Virus record (IMG/VR): IMGVR_UViG_3300049846_002551
Location: 1-64,000 of that record
Direction: 5' to 3' (one strand)
DNA: 64,000 nt
Source of the DNA: a virus
Positions 27,999-38,457 of the stretch are shown here, piece by piece (position 1 is the first letter of the stretch; every line of letters begins with the position of its first letter). The position numbers and the translations under genes were made by a program. The notes beneath the pieces were generated by a model. That model saw nothing but the letters and a program-made list of their open reading frames with translations, made no database searches and was not told the origin of the DNA.

Positions 27999-28298
27999 AT
28001 GCCAGAAACGAAAGAACCTACTTTGAACAAAGCGTCTAAGGCTGAAAAGCCAGTAGACGAAGAGCCGAAGGATGAACCGGGGGTTGTTCCAATTCAAACG
28101 GAACCTGAGCCACAACCGACTAGCATAAAAGTGAAATATGTAGGGGGCCAAGGGATCGAGTTGGCATATCCTCTTTCTAATGGTTTGCGGTCTTTTGTAG
28201 CAGGGAAGGTTTACGAGTTGAAAAACTATGGTGATTACTGTAGGTTGATTGAAGCAAGTAAACATTTCGTGGAAGTAAAAGAGGAATCAGCGAGGTAA
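27999..28298 (+). CDS. hypothetical protein
   Basis: 99 aa; Pro/Glu-rich N-terminus, VKYVG motif. Confidence 0.7.
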   Translation: MPETKEPTLNKASKAEKPVDEEPKDEPGVVPIQTEPEPQPTSIKVKYVGGQGIELAYPLSNGLRSFVAGKVYELKNYGDYCRLIEASKHFVEVKEESAR

Positions 28299-28304
28299 CA
28301 AGAA

Positions 28305-30116
28305 ATGTCCGTGAATTTTGAAACCACTCCTATTTATCCAGATTCGGCGTCTCGTCGTACTGATGGAAGTACGATTGACTCAGGCTCTGGAGCATCGACT
28401 GCTAATCGTTTTTTATTAGGGCTGGAATCTTCGGGAGGTAATTCTCCGGGATTCCATGCGTTGTTGCGTTTTGCTACTGGAGACGTAATTACCGATGAGG
28501 ATATGACGGTAGTTCGTGCGCGGTTGCGTATTAATGCTCAAGCTAGATCAACACTTGGTGCAAACTACTCTTGGTATGCGTGGGCCTCAGACTTTGGTTC
28601 TGGTGCGTTAGCAGTAGCAGATTACAATCAACCGTATAGCAATGATGCGATTACAGCGGCGACGTTGCGTGTTCCGATTGGTGTGTTGTTTGCTACAGGT
28701 GGAACCGTGACTGATGGTACGGTTGGTGAAGTTGCGATTCCGAACCGTTTTATTAAGAAGGGTTCTGGGAATGTGTCGGACTTTGAAGTTCGTCCATACT
28801 TCGCTTCAACCTTACCTGCTGGTGCAAACCTTAACATCTATGGTATTGATTCTGGAGTAGGTACTGCTAGACCACGAATCATTGGGTGGGCATATACCGA
28901 TGCAGAATTGATGGCGCAGAATCCGTATCGGTTCCAAGCGGTTGGCGCGGAAACGTTTGTTGCGTTCCAATTAGAGAATTCGGCTGGTCGAGCTATGAAA
29001 GCGGGGATTTTGTTGGATGCACGGAACACCACACTTGACTCCCATGCTGTTAACTTGGAAAGCCAATCGCTCACTCGTCAACGTGCGCGTCCGCGTAAAG
29101 TTGCGGTAGGCAGAGCAGGGGCGGGTGGTGATTTCACTTTCGAGGTGACACCTGAAAAGTGGATTCCGCTTATGCTTGGGATGATGAACTACATCGGTAC
29201 TGAGGATGTTTCATCGGCTTATGGCGGAAGCAATTCTGGAGTCAATGAGCACTATTTCCGTACAGGCGATATCGACGATGTGAAAACGTTCACGTTTGTA
29301 CAGCGTCGAGGCCCGTTTCGACATGTTTATCCGGGTGCCATGATTTCAAGTATGGATTTTAGTGCATCGTTGGATGAGATTGTGACTGCTGGTGTGGCAG
29401 TTGAAGCGAGATCAGAATACAACTATGATGCCGATGCGTCTGGTATTAATGATGCGAACTTGCTGTTAGGTTCGGCGGGTTATGATACTGTTGCTAACTC
29501 GGTGTTGTCGTTTGTAGGTGCACAGGTTTTGTTTGATGACAATGTTGATAGAGGTATCGTTCAAAACTTCTCACTTTCATTGCGACAAGACGTGAATGAA
29601 CGTCGGGGTATGAACCGCAAGCGCGATCCGTTTGGTCACTTTCCTCTCGGATTTCGTGCTGAGTTAAGATTCAGTCTTTACTTAGAAAATGAAATTCAGA
29701 TGCGTAAATATCTTGGTGTGGAGCATAAGGACTTCCCGTTCAACGCAGAGAAACGGATTGTGTTCCAGAAGGTCGAGTTTAGGTTGGCTGGTGCGGGTGG
29801 AACGGGTACAGAGTTCCTAACTGATCAAACAACTTATCGACAAGAATTTATCTTTACTGTTCCCAAGGGTATGTACTTGACTTCAAGTAAGCCTGTGAAC
29901 GGTGAAGCAGGAATTATGATGGACTGTACGCTTGTAGGTACATACGACAGCACAACTCAGGACCCAACGCCTGGTGATAGCGGAAATGTTGGAACTCCTG
30001 AAAACGGCAACGTGGAGCTAACTATTCGAAACTCCGAAGCGGCTACGGTGTTTACGGCTCCAGATGAGACTATTCCCAACCTCATCACCGTTCTTCCTGC
30101 GGGTACGAGTATCTAA
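28305..30116 (+). CDS. tail tube protein with an extra N-terminal domain
   Basis: From about aa 210: G.ETFVAFQLE..AG, AGGDFTFE, TFTFVQ, Y.GAMISSM.FS typical of tube proteins; followed by a terminator, the chaperone and the tape measure. Confidence 0.8.
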   Translation: MSVNFETTPIYPDSASRRTDGSTIDSGSGASTANRFLLGLESSGGNSPGFHALLRFATGDVITDEDMTVVRARLRINAQARSTLGANYSWYAWASDFGSGALAVADYNQPYSNDAITAATLRVPIGVLFATGGTVTDGTVGEVAIPNRFIKKGSGNVSDFEVRPYFASTLPAGANLNIYGIDSGVGTARPRIIGWAYTDAELMAQNPYRFQAVGAETFVAFQLENSAGRAMKAGILLDARNTTLDSHAVNLESQSLTRQRARPRKVAVGRAGAGGDFTFEVTPEKWIPLMLGMMNYIGTEDVSSAYGGSNSGVNEHYFRTGDIDDVKTFTFVQRRGPFRHVYPGAMISSMDFSASLDEIVTAGVAVEARSEYNYDADASGINDANLLLGSAGYDTVANSVLSFVGAQVLFDDNVDRGIVQNFSLSLRQDVNERRGMNRKRDPFGHFPLGFRAELRFSLYLENEIQMRKYLGVEHKDFPFNAEKRIVFQKVEFRLAGAGGTGTEFLTDQTTYRQEFIFTVPKGMYLTSSKPVNGEAGIMMDCTLVGTYDSTTQDPTPGDSGNVGTPENGNVELTIRNSEAATVFTAPDETIPNLITVLPAGTSI

Positions 30117-30142
30117 CAAGTACAGTCCGTATTGTTGACAGG

Positions 30143-30170
30143 TAGGGTGCTTTGAAAAAGGCACCCTATT
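30143..30170 (+). terminator. probable terminator hairpin
   Basis: TAGGGTGCTTT-gaa-AAAGGCACCCTATT. Confidence 0.6.
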
Positions 30171-30193
30171 CTGGTTATGGCATACTAAGTTGT

Positions 30194-30925
30194 ATGCGTA
30201 GTCCAACCCCAAAGGTTCAACCTCCTGAAAGACCGAAGCATCGTAGTTTACGAGTGCTTTCGGCAAGTCGAGAAATTATTCCTTATTTCGTTCAGGGTGA
30301 CTCTGATTATATTGATCGCACAATTGATGCTGGAAAAATGTTCGAGTTATTTGAGGACCAATCAATTATTGCATTAGGTGTCGGTCACTTGCCTCTTAGG
30401 TCGTATTTGGATTTCGAAACGCAGTATGGTGAGTTGCTTGATGCGTATGTAAACAAAATTCTTTGGGTTTTTTACGCTATGGGGCAAATAGCTAACGAGA
30501 ATATTCCAGTAGATCAGAAACCTGAATTAAAAATCGTAGACGGGGTTACGACTACTCCGTATGGTCCTATGTATGGATCACTACAAAAAAATGTTGCAGA
30601 AGCAATGGCATTCTTGTTAGTTCAGTTTGGTCGAATCGTTGGCACGAATGCAGATGGTACATATCAGTTCGAGTCTATGAATCAAAACGATATTTACGAG
30701 TTGTTAGATGTGGCGTCGTTGATGTCTGTGGATGAGGGAAGTACAGGCCCCGCGTTTTTTGACCTAATAAACATTGCAGGGTTAACTCCTGTTGTGGAAG
30801 GCGATGAGTCAACGGAAAAGGATGATGGTCCAAAAAACTTAGTCTCTCTGATCAAAGGAGAGCCATCCACGACAGGCTCAAAGCGGCAAGGAAGCTCAAG
30901 AAGCAAGCCGAACAAGGCGACTTAA
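30194..30925 (+). CDS. tail assembly chaperone (gpG-like)
   Basis: Between tube and tape measure; start ATG 30194 lies 7 nt after TGGCATACT; contains a slippery heptamer. Confidence 0.8.
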   Translation: MRSPTPKVQPPERPKHRSLRVLSASREIIPYFVQGDSDYIDRTIDAGKMFELFEDQSIIALGVGHLPLRSYLDFETQYGELLDAYVNKILWVFYAMGQIANENIPVDQKPELKIVDGVTTTPYGPMYGSLQKNVAEAMAFLLVQFGRIVGTNADGTYQFESMNQNDIYELLDVASLMSVDEGSTGPAFFDLINIAGLTPVVEGDESTEKDDGPKNLVSLIKGEPSTTGSKRQGSSRSKPNKAT

Positions 30926-31101
30926 CTGTAGATTCTCCATCTACGGATTGGGGGGAAATTGTTTACATCTTAGGGAAAGTCTACAAATGGACTTTTGACT
31001 ACATGGTGGAAGAACGTATGTCCATTCTTTGGTTATTTTACGATTGGGCTGTGTACGATATTCGGAATGATTTCTATCTTCGAGCGATCACGCTTATGTA
31101 A
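30832..31101 (+). CDS. -1 frameshift extension of the tail chaperone (gpGT-like)
   Basis: A AAA AAC at 30832-30838; the -1 frame reads LSLSDQRRAIHDRLK...DWGEIVYILGKVYKWTFDYM...RAITLM* to TAA 31099-31101. Confidence 0.85.
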   Translation, partial: KKLSLSDQRRAIHDRLKAARKLKKQAEQGDLTVDSPSTDWGEIVYILGKVYKWTFDYMVEERMSILWLFYDWAVYDIRNDFYLRAITLM

Positions 31102-31164
31102 TTGTACTTAATTGGTATTGGTTAGAATTTCCTGTGTCTAGTAGGTATGACAAAATAGCGATTA

Positions 31165-34100
31165 ATGGATCAGATTCGCGGCGAAATAAAAATCACGTCT
31201 GACCTACGGGAGTTGGAGCGTGAATTAAGTGCGCTTTTTGCTCAATTCTCTAAGAAAGTTAAGCTTGGTGTTGATTTCTCTGAAACGCTTAAGGACATCG
31301 AGAAATTTACGTCTGCAATGACGACTCTCGATACGCGCATTAAAGACCTATCGCAGAATTTACGAAAGGCTCAGGCGGAAAATAAAAAGCTTGCTGATGC
31401 TTCTCAAAAGTATTTTACTCAACCTGTCAAGAATGCGCTTGCTACACTTTATGGTTCGCAGAAGGGTGAGAAAGGCACACTTGAAGAAGAGTTAATTCGT
31501 AAACATAAATCACGGTTATTGCGCGAAGCGCATGCGCTTGGGCAACAGATGTCGGAAGCACATGCGGCAGGAATGGCGAAAGGGTTAGCACAAAAAGATA
31601 TCCATCAAGCAGTGTTGTTAGCTCTTGGTCCTCTAGCGGATACACGAGAGCAACAAGCGATTCAAGCTAAAGCGCAACAGTTTTTTAGAGGATTAAAACC
31701 TGGAAAAGAGTTTACTCAAGAAATGCGCGTTATGCTTCGCGTGTTGTTGGACGCTCGAAGCGGGATTCAATCAACGCAAAAAGAGTTGGATGCATTAGCG
31801 AATAGTGCAACTAAATCAGCTAAGGTTCAAAAAATTTCTCAGCAGTCGTTAGCGCAAGGGTACAAAGAACTTGCAAAAATTGCTGGAGACGCTAATCGAA
31901 ATACGACGGCGTTGGCAACTGCACAAGCAAAACAACTCGCTGATTACATGCAACGTGTGCGTCAGGCGACTCAGTTGGCACATAGAGCGGCCCAGCATGG
32001 TGCTTATGATCCTAATCTACAGCGAAGTGCGTCTGGTCAAATTAGACATTTGGGTGGAATGATTAGCTCGTTGCGTAGTGAACAGATTGGTGGAATGATG
32101 ACTGCCGCACAGTCTGCTCATGCGGATCGGCAAATACTTAAAGCAGAAGAACTAATTAGAAAATGGCAGAACGATATCATGCCGTCGATTGCCCACATTC
32201 GAAGTGTGAAGGGAAGTGAGCGCACTCGTCGAAGCGCACAGATGGGAATGTGGGATGTAGAAGGTCGTGTGACTTCTGCGTTTCAACAAGCGAAAGAGAT
32301 GGCGCGTGAAAACATTTTTGATGTTAATCCTACCGCTCTTCGTGCATTGATTCAGGATTTAGTTAAGAAACGTGCGGTTTATCGTGGTCAAGCCACTCGT
32401 GCTTTAGGTAAAGGTGATGATGTTGCGGCCCAGCAATATCAGATGTTGGCGACAGGTTTAACTTCTAAAATCGGTTCGCATGGAGAAACGCTATCGAATT
32501 TGGAATGGCAGTTGGCTAAAGCCGGAGCCGGAGCAATGGGTGCACCGGGGGGTTTTGTGAATCTTCAGGCGCAGGGTTTGGCAACCGGAGTAGGTGGGCT
32601 TCGAGCCGCGTTAGATCGAGCAAAGATTAGCCAATTGGGTGGTGGCATTGCAGGGAGCGGAAGTTTTCAAGGAATTCGTGCTGAGTATGCAAGTTTAGAG
32701 CGGTATATCTTGGATGGTCAAAAAAGGCTTGCGGATAAAAAGAAGAAGCTTTCTATTGAAGAACGAGCCGAATTAGACAAGGCTTTAAAAGAAGCTATTG
32801 CTTTACAAACTCGATATCAACAAGAGTTAGAGCGTTTGCGTGTTACGGATTACAATAATATTCAAAAGCATCGTAAAAATCGACGTGATGCGGTTACTCG
32901 TTCTGCAAAAGAAGAGTTAGAGATTCGTAAAAAGCAACGTTTAGAAGAGAATCTTGAGATGGTGCGTGGTACGTCGGCTGACCCTACGTTGGTACGTAAG
33001 ATGAATCGAGATCAGTTGTCACGACTTAATGAAGCTTTAAACGAGAGTAGATGGGCGAGACGAAGAGGTTATCAGGACGTTCCTGATGTGGCAGTTATTG
33101 ATTCATTAAAACGTGAAATGCATTCACGTGAACGTGAACTCGGCAAACCTAATTTGTTTAGTAGGTTTTGGTACGGGCTAACAGGTATGCGTCCGATGGC
33201 GGGTGGAGCCGGAGGTGGAGGCGGTGGAGCGCATGCTTATGGAAATTTAAACGATACGCTATTTCATAACTTGAATAAGCGTGTTACCAATATTTCGCAG
33301 ATGCTAGGCACTTCCCTTTACGGTATGGGATTATTTGGTGCTGGTAGTGCGCTTGCAAAAGGAACGATTGGCGCGGCGGCAGAAAAGGAGTCAATGGTTA
33401 ATACCCTTGGTGGTTTGATTAACACCTTTGCTAAGTTTAGAGATGCGACTGGTAAGACTGTGGGGACGACAGAAAACTTTGTACGGGCTATCGAATTCAG
33501 CGGGAAAGTTTACGATGAAGTACGTGCTAAAGCGGCAGACTCAATTCTTACTACGAAAGAGATGTTTGATTACTTCATGTCTGGTGCGCCGCAACTTATG
33601 GCACGAGGCTTGAATACAAAACAATCGCTTGACATTGTTACCGCTATCGCGTCTCTTGGTAAGTCAATGGGCTTATCTTCAACTGCGGTGCAATCAGATA
33701 TTCGTGACTTAGCGACTGGTCAAGTTACAGTTCGTTCGCAGGTGTTAAGAACAATGGGCTTTGACAAAACCGCGTTGGGAAAAGCGCGTCAACAAGGTCC
33801 AGAGGCGTTAGTCGCTTACTTTAATAAAATTATGGATGGTTTTGCTCCCGCATTGAGGCGGTTGTCCACTCTTAATCAAACTGCGATTACTCGTTTAATG
33901 AACGCTTTACAACAGTTTGGGATTACGATTGGAGAAAAGATGGCTCCAAGGTTGATTCCGTTGTTGGCGCGTTTACAGGCAATGTTTGAAAAGTGGGCTA
34001 CGGATGGAACTATAGATAAGTTTGCTAGTAGTTTTGGTCAAACAGTTGAAGCGTTTGCAAAATCACTTATGTGGTTTATGGAAACGCTTGGTCCTACATT

Positions 34101-37100
34101 TGCAGATATTCGTGTTTTGTTTGCAGGTTTCTTAACTTTCATGACTGGAAAGTTTTTAGTAGGATTAGCTTTGCAAACTCAAGCGGTGCAAACTGTTTTG
34201 AATAACTGGGTGGTTTCTTTGGGTTCCGCATTTAAGAGTCTTGGGGCTGGATTTTTTGGGTTAACGGCAGTCATTGGCGCATTCGTACTTCGATTAATCG
34301 GTTATAAAAACGACTTGCAGGAAGAGGAAACTCAGCGAAATACGCTATTAGCAAGACGGTCTGGAAAAGATGGCTATACCGAGGAAGAGAAAAGAAAAAT
34401 TGACGCTAATACTGCTGATTTGATTGCGAAGGCGTCTGCTAAAGGGATGTCTCCAGAGCAAATTAGTGCGTTAGTGTTTCAACGTCGAGGATATGTGTCG
34501 AGGGCAATAACTACTGCTGTAAATTCGGCTCAACCGGAATTAGGTGATTTTTTTAATTCTGGGGCTAATGCTGATACATTACGCATTGGTATGGAAGCGT
34601 CGATGGAAAATGTTGATCCTGAATTTGCTCGATCAATAATGGCGGAAACTTACGCATCTGTACTACGAGACATGCGCGTTGGAATGTCATCGGAACTTTT
34701 AAAGTTACAAAAAACGAACCCCATGCAGTTTATTAAGCGGGTTTCCGCGCTGTATCCTGATGTTGTAGGTAAAGCGGGAGCGCGATTAGCATTAGCAAAT
34801 AGTGTAGATTTCTTGGGTAGACCTCTTGATTTACAAGAAACATTTCCACGTGAAACCGCAGTAGCGGGATTAAAATATCAATCAGGTTTAGTGGCAGGAC
34901 AGTTGTCTCGATTAGACGCGGCATTAGGTGTGACTCCGGATAGCTACCGTAAAGCCGTATTAGCCGCTCAGAAGTATGGTTTGACGGCCCAATCGTTAGG
35001 TTATGGTTTTCAAGTCGAACAACAGGGATTTGCAAAACAATATTTGGATGCTCAAGGAAAACCTGACGAGTTAGTGAAGTTGGGTGGTGAGATAATTGAA
35101 TCTCAGCAAAAGTATAAGCAGTCGTTAGCTGAGTTGCAGTCATCTTATGAAGAGCAGATTCGCACGATGCGTGAATCGATCATGGTTCAGAAAGACGAAC
35201 TTCAAACGAGAAAAGAAAATCTAGATTTACAGAAAGCTGAATTTGATTTGAATCAACGTAAAGACCGTATCGACCGTATTGACCGTACATCTGCGGAAGG
35301 CCGGGCTACTTGGACCCGCGCTATGCGCTCGTTTATTGTTGACCAGAATAAAGCGATAGATACTCGTACTGGAGTAGTTAATGCTCAAGCTAATCGACAA
35401 ATCGGAATTTTGCAATCTCGCGGTGACTCTTGGGAGGTTGTGGCTAAACAAATGGGTGTTTCAAGTAAGGCCCCTGTAAGCTTAGAGTTTAATGCGAAAA
35501 CCGTTGAGAATCTTCAGAAAATTGGGGAAGTATTCAATGAGCATAAAGCTGTAATTGTGGAATGGTCCAAAGAGATGAAAACCTTTGGAGATGTTCTGGA
35601 TAAAGCATCGAAAGTTAATGCAGATACTGCAACGGTAATTCAAGGAGTGGCGAATACGCTAGTTACGTTGCCTGGTTTTGGAAATGTAGCAGGACCACCG
35701 ACTATCGGTGGTGGAGGTGTTGTTGGTGTTACAGGTGGGAGTGCGTTAACTCCCATGCCGAGAACCGCATCTAAAGGCGCATTCTTTGGTGGAGTTTGGG
35801 TTCCACCTGAATCACCGTCTAGTAATAAAGCGTCACTTAAACAAATCGGAAGAAGCATAGCTTTGGAGTTTGGTATTGATCCTGATATATTTGAAAAACA
35901 AATTCAACAAGAATCGAGTTGGAATCCTAGGAGTAAAACGTGGTCTGGTGATAAGCGTGTTGGCTATGTTTATGGTTTAGGACAACTATCATCTAATGAA
36001 ATGAAGGACGTTGGGGTAACTGATCCGTATGATCCGGTTCAGAATATGCGTGGACTTGCAACGTTGATGAAACGGTACTTGACTCAGTATGGTGGGGATT
36101 ACGCGAAAGCTTTAATGCGACATTTTCAAGGTGGTCCTACACCTAAAGGTCCTTTGGGGAGAATGTATCTGGATCGCATTTTAGGTCCGGGGCATGCTGG
36201 GCCTCTAGCTCCTATGCGCGTGGACGCGGCGGCAATTATGTCGAAAGGCTTCCTTAAGACAGAGGAAGCGGAGCGTAATCGAGAAGCTAAAATTGAAGCA
36301 GATCAACGTATCGTAGCGGCTGTTGCATTAATGGCAGATGAGGCTTTATCTCGTCGACAGGATTATCGTCAGGCGAGAATGGGGTGGATGTCTGGTGGTT
36401 TAGGTGAAGGTGAGAATCGCGGAGTATTTTTAATTCAGCAGAATTTGTCTCGATTAGCTTATGAGTATATGAACGGTGCTGGTGCCTATGGTCCGGGTGG
36501 GTCATTAGAGGCTTATGGTCTGCCTTCAAGAATGGGTTCAGCTAGACGTTACAATTTAGCTTATGAGTATTTCAATTTGCACCCAGGTGAAGCGGGTAGG
36601 TTGTCTCAAAATCCTGCGGAGTATCGAAAGGTTTTAGAAACGCTTGGATTTTTGCCAAGTGAAGTGAATCAGGGCATAACTCAAACTACGGCAGGTGGAT
36701 TTGCAAAGTTAGGTCGCGCTATCGAAGAAGAGATTAATGCGACGGTTGCTAAAATTAATCAAGCAAATGAAATGATTCGCGGAGCGTTGAGTGAATTCGG
36801 AAACGCAATAAGTAAGTATTCGGAACGTGCCGCAATTCCATATCAAGAAGCGGCGCGTTTGGTTGGTGTTAACTTGTCCGATATTGCGGGGCAAACCGAA
36901 CTAGACAAAATTGATAGACATCTCCTTTCTGTGAGGATGTCCCAGATTGGTTTAACTTCACAAGCAAATACGCTTTTTGCTGGCGCGGTTCAGAGTGCGC
37001 GAACGGCGAAGCCTGGTGATATGTCTGCCATTAGTGCGTTGCTTGGGTTTAGTTTCCCAGGAATTGGTAGAGTGCTTTCTTCTGACCAGGTTAGTGGGTG

Positions 37101-38457
37101 GACTTCTAAGCTTGGGGGTATTACTGATCCAGATGCGTGGCAATCGGCTTTAAGCCAGTTGTTTATTGAAATGGCTCCGTCGTTCGGTGAAAAGTTTGCG
37201 AAGTTGCTTGCGGACCAGGTTGGTCCAATTGAAGTGGAACGACGTTTGAAAGAATTGTCCATTGAACGTGCGCGATCTTTAAGAGAAGATAAATTTGCTT
37301 ATGATCGACAGGTTAATGAAGCGCAGATGCATCAAGAGGAATTGACTTATCAGAGACTTTTTGATCAAGTAAGTTCACCACAAACGAGTGTTAGGTTATG
37401 GACAGATACACATGGTTTGCAGATGGAATCCGTGTCTCGTCGTTATGAGTTGCTTGGGCAACAAGCGCAATTAGCGATGGGGGCTAAGATGCTTGCGGAT
37501 AAGAAGGCGATTGTTGGGTACGTTCCAGCGATTGGTATGTATGGAATGCCCATGCTTGGATCAGATGGCAAACCGTTAATGCGCCCGATTAGTTTGTATG
37601 AAAAGAACATCTCTGCGAACCCCAATTATTATGAAGATTTTCAGAATTCGCTAATTAGTTCAGGAAGAGGTGCGCTGATGGGCGAACTTCAAGGCATGAA
37701 TTTGGCGAGTATGCAGAATGCCCAAGCTTATCAATCCGTTGCGGGAAATCTATTTAGTATGTTGATAGGTAATCCGCTAGGTGTTATGAATGGGACAGCT
37801 TTTAACAATGAAGGAGTAGGGGGTTTGTTTAGTCCACTAATGGATTTACAGAGTCAGCGTCAGAATGTTGCCGCGCAACTATTGATGACAGCGATGTTTA
37901 AGAATCCTTCGTTAGAGCAAGCGTTGAACGATCCTACATTGCGACAGTTTCTAAAAGTAGTAAATCTTCCTGGCGGTGGAATGACACTCAAGTTTGACAA
38001 ATGGGGAGCTATAAAATCTGGATTAGGAAATTTGGCTGGTGGTTTAGCTGGAAACTATGGTGGAACTTTGTTAGGGACTGCGCTATTTCCTGGACGTGAT
38101 CCTAGTGCTATTAGTCTCGGTGCAAATATTGGAACTTCACTTGGCGGAACTTTCGCAAGTGCTTTAGGTATGGCGGGACCGTGGGGCATGGTAGCTGGAG
38201 GTTTATTAGGTGGATTAATCGGTGGTCTATTTGGTGGAAGTAAACCGAATCCTGCGGAAGAGCGCAGACGCGCTTTGGAAAAACAGCATCGAGAGCGAAT
38301 GGAAGAATTACTTTCTAGAATCGACAAAAGCTTAAGACCTCAAGCTGACTACTTCCGCACGATTAAGGGTGACGTATTATATGGAACATCGTCACGTTGG
38401 TACTCAGGTAGAGCCTACGCACAACTTGGACTTCAAGGCGCATTGGGTGGTCGTTAA
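31165..38457 (+). CDS. tape measure protein with lytic transglycosylase (SLT) domain
   Basis: 2430 aa, helical and Ala/Gly-rich; QESSWNP...GLGQL...DPVQN...YGGDY.KAL at about 35840-36180. Confidence 0.93.
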   Translation: MDQIRGEIKITSDLRELERELSALFAQFSKKVKLGVDFSETLKDIEKFTSAMTTLDTRIKDLSQNLRKAQAENKKLADASQKYFTQPVKNALATLYGSQKGEKGTLEEELIRKHKSRLLREAHALGQQMSEAHAAGMAKGLAQKDIHQAVLLALGPLADTREQQAIQAKAQQFFRGLKPGKEFTQEMRVMLRVLLDARSGIQSTQKELDALANSATKSAKVQKISQQSLAQGYKELAKIAGDANRNTTALATAQAKQLADYMQRVRQATQLAHRAAQHGAYDPNLQRSASGQIRHLGGMISSLRSEQIGGMMTAAQSAHADRQILKAEELIRKWQNDIMPSIAHIRSVKGSERTRRSAQMGMWDVEGRVTSAFQQAKEMARENIFDVNPTALRALIQDLVKKRAVYRGQATRALGKGDDVAAQQYQMLATGLTSKIGSHGETLSNLEWQLAKAGAGAMGAPGGFVNLQAQGLATGVGGLRAALDRAKISQLGGGIAGSGSFQGIRAEYASLERYILDGQKRLADKKKKLSIEERAELDKALKEAIALQTRYQQELERLRVTDYNNIQKHRKNRRDAVTRSAKEELEIRKKQRLEENLEMVRGTSADPTLVRKMNRDQLSRLNEALNESRWARRRGYQDVPDVAVIDSLKREMHSRERELGKPNLFSRFWYGLTGMRPMAGGAGGGGGGAHAYGNLNDTLFHNLNKRVTNISQMLGTSLYGMGLFGAGSALAKGTIGAAAEKESMVNTLGGLINTFAKFRDATGKTVGTTENFVRAIEFSGKVYDEVRAKAADSILTTKEMFDYFMSGAPQLMARGLNTKQSLDIVTAIASLGKSMGLSSTAVQSDIRDLATGQVTVRSQVLRTMGFDKTALGKARQQGPEALVAYFNKIMDGFAPALRRLSTLNQTAITRLMNALQQFGITIGEKMAPRLIPLLARLQAMFEKWATDGTIDKFASSFGQTVEAFAKSLMWFMETLGPTFADIRVLFAGFLTFMTGKFLVGLALQTQAVQTVLNNWVVSLGSAFKSLGAGFFGLTAVIGAFVLRLIGYKNDLQEEETQRNTLLARRSGKDGYTEEEKRKIDANTADLIAKASAKGMSPEQISALVFQRRGYVSRAITTAVNSAQPELGDFFNSGANADTLRIGMEASMENVDPEFARSIMAETYASVLRDMRVGMSSELLKLQKTNPMQFIKRVSALYPDVVGKAGARLALANSVDFLGRPLDLQETFPRETAVAGLKYQSGLVAGQLSRLDAALGVTPDSYRKAVLAAQKYGLTAQSLGYGFQVEQQGFAKQYLDAQGKPDELVKLGGEIIESQQKYKQSLAELQSSYEEQIRTMRESIMVQKDELQTRKENLDLQKAEFDLNQRKDRIDRIDRTSAEGRATWTRAMRSFIVDQNKAIDTRTGVVNAQANRQIGILQSRGDSWEVVAKQMGVSSKAPVSLEFNAKTVENLQKIGEVFNEHKAVIVEWSKEMKTFGDVLDKASKVNADTATVIQGVANTLVTLPGFGNVAGPPTIGGGGVVGVTGGSALTPMPRTASKGAFFGGVWVPPESPSSNKASLKQIGRSIALEFGIDPDIFEKQIQQESSWNPRSKTWSGDKRVGYVYGLGQLSSNEMKDVGVTDPYDPVQNMRGLATLMKRYLTQYGGDYAKALMRHFQGGPTPKGPLGRMYLDRILGPGHAGPLAPMRVDAAAIMSKGFLKTEEAERNREAKIEADQRIVAAVALMADEALSRRQDYRQARMGWMSGGLGEGENRGVFLIQQNLSRLAYEYMNGAGAYGPGGSLEAYGLPSRMGSARRYNLAYEYFNLHPGEAGRLSQNPAEYRKVLETLGFLPSEVNQGITQTTAGGFAKLGRAIEEEINATVAKINQANEMIRGALSEFGNAISKYSERAAIPYQEAARLVGVNLSDIAGQTELDKIDRHLLSVRMSQIGLTSQANTLFAGAVQSARTAKPGDMSAISALLGFSFPGIGRVLSSDQVSGWTSKLGGITDPDAWQSALSQLFIEMAPSFGEKFAKLLADQVGPIEVERRLKELSIERARSLREDKFAYDRQVNEAQMHQEELTYQRLFDQVSSPQTSVRLWTDTHGLQMESVSRRYELLGQQAQLAMGAKMLADKKAIVGYVPAIGMYGMPMLGSDGKPLMRPISLYEKNISANPNYYEDFQNSLISSGRGALMGELQGMNLASMQNAQAYQSVAGNLFSMLIGNPLGVMNGTAFNNEGVGGLFSPLMDLQSQRQNVAAQLLMTAMFKNPSLEQALNDPTLRQFLKVVNLPGGGMTLKFDKWGAIKSGLGNLAGGLAGNYGGTLLGTALFPGRDPSAISLGANIGTSLGGTFASALGMAGPWGMVAGGLLGGLIGGLFGGSKPNPAEERRRALEKQHRERMEELLSRIDKSLRPQADYFRTIKGDVLYGTSSRWYSGRAYAQLGLQGALGGR

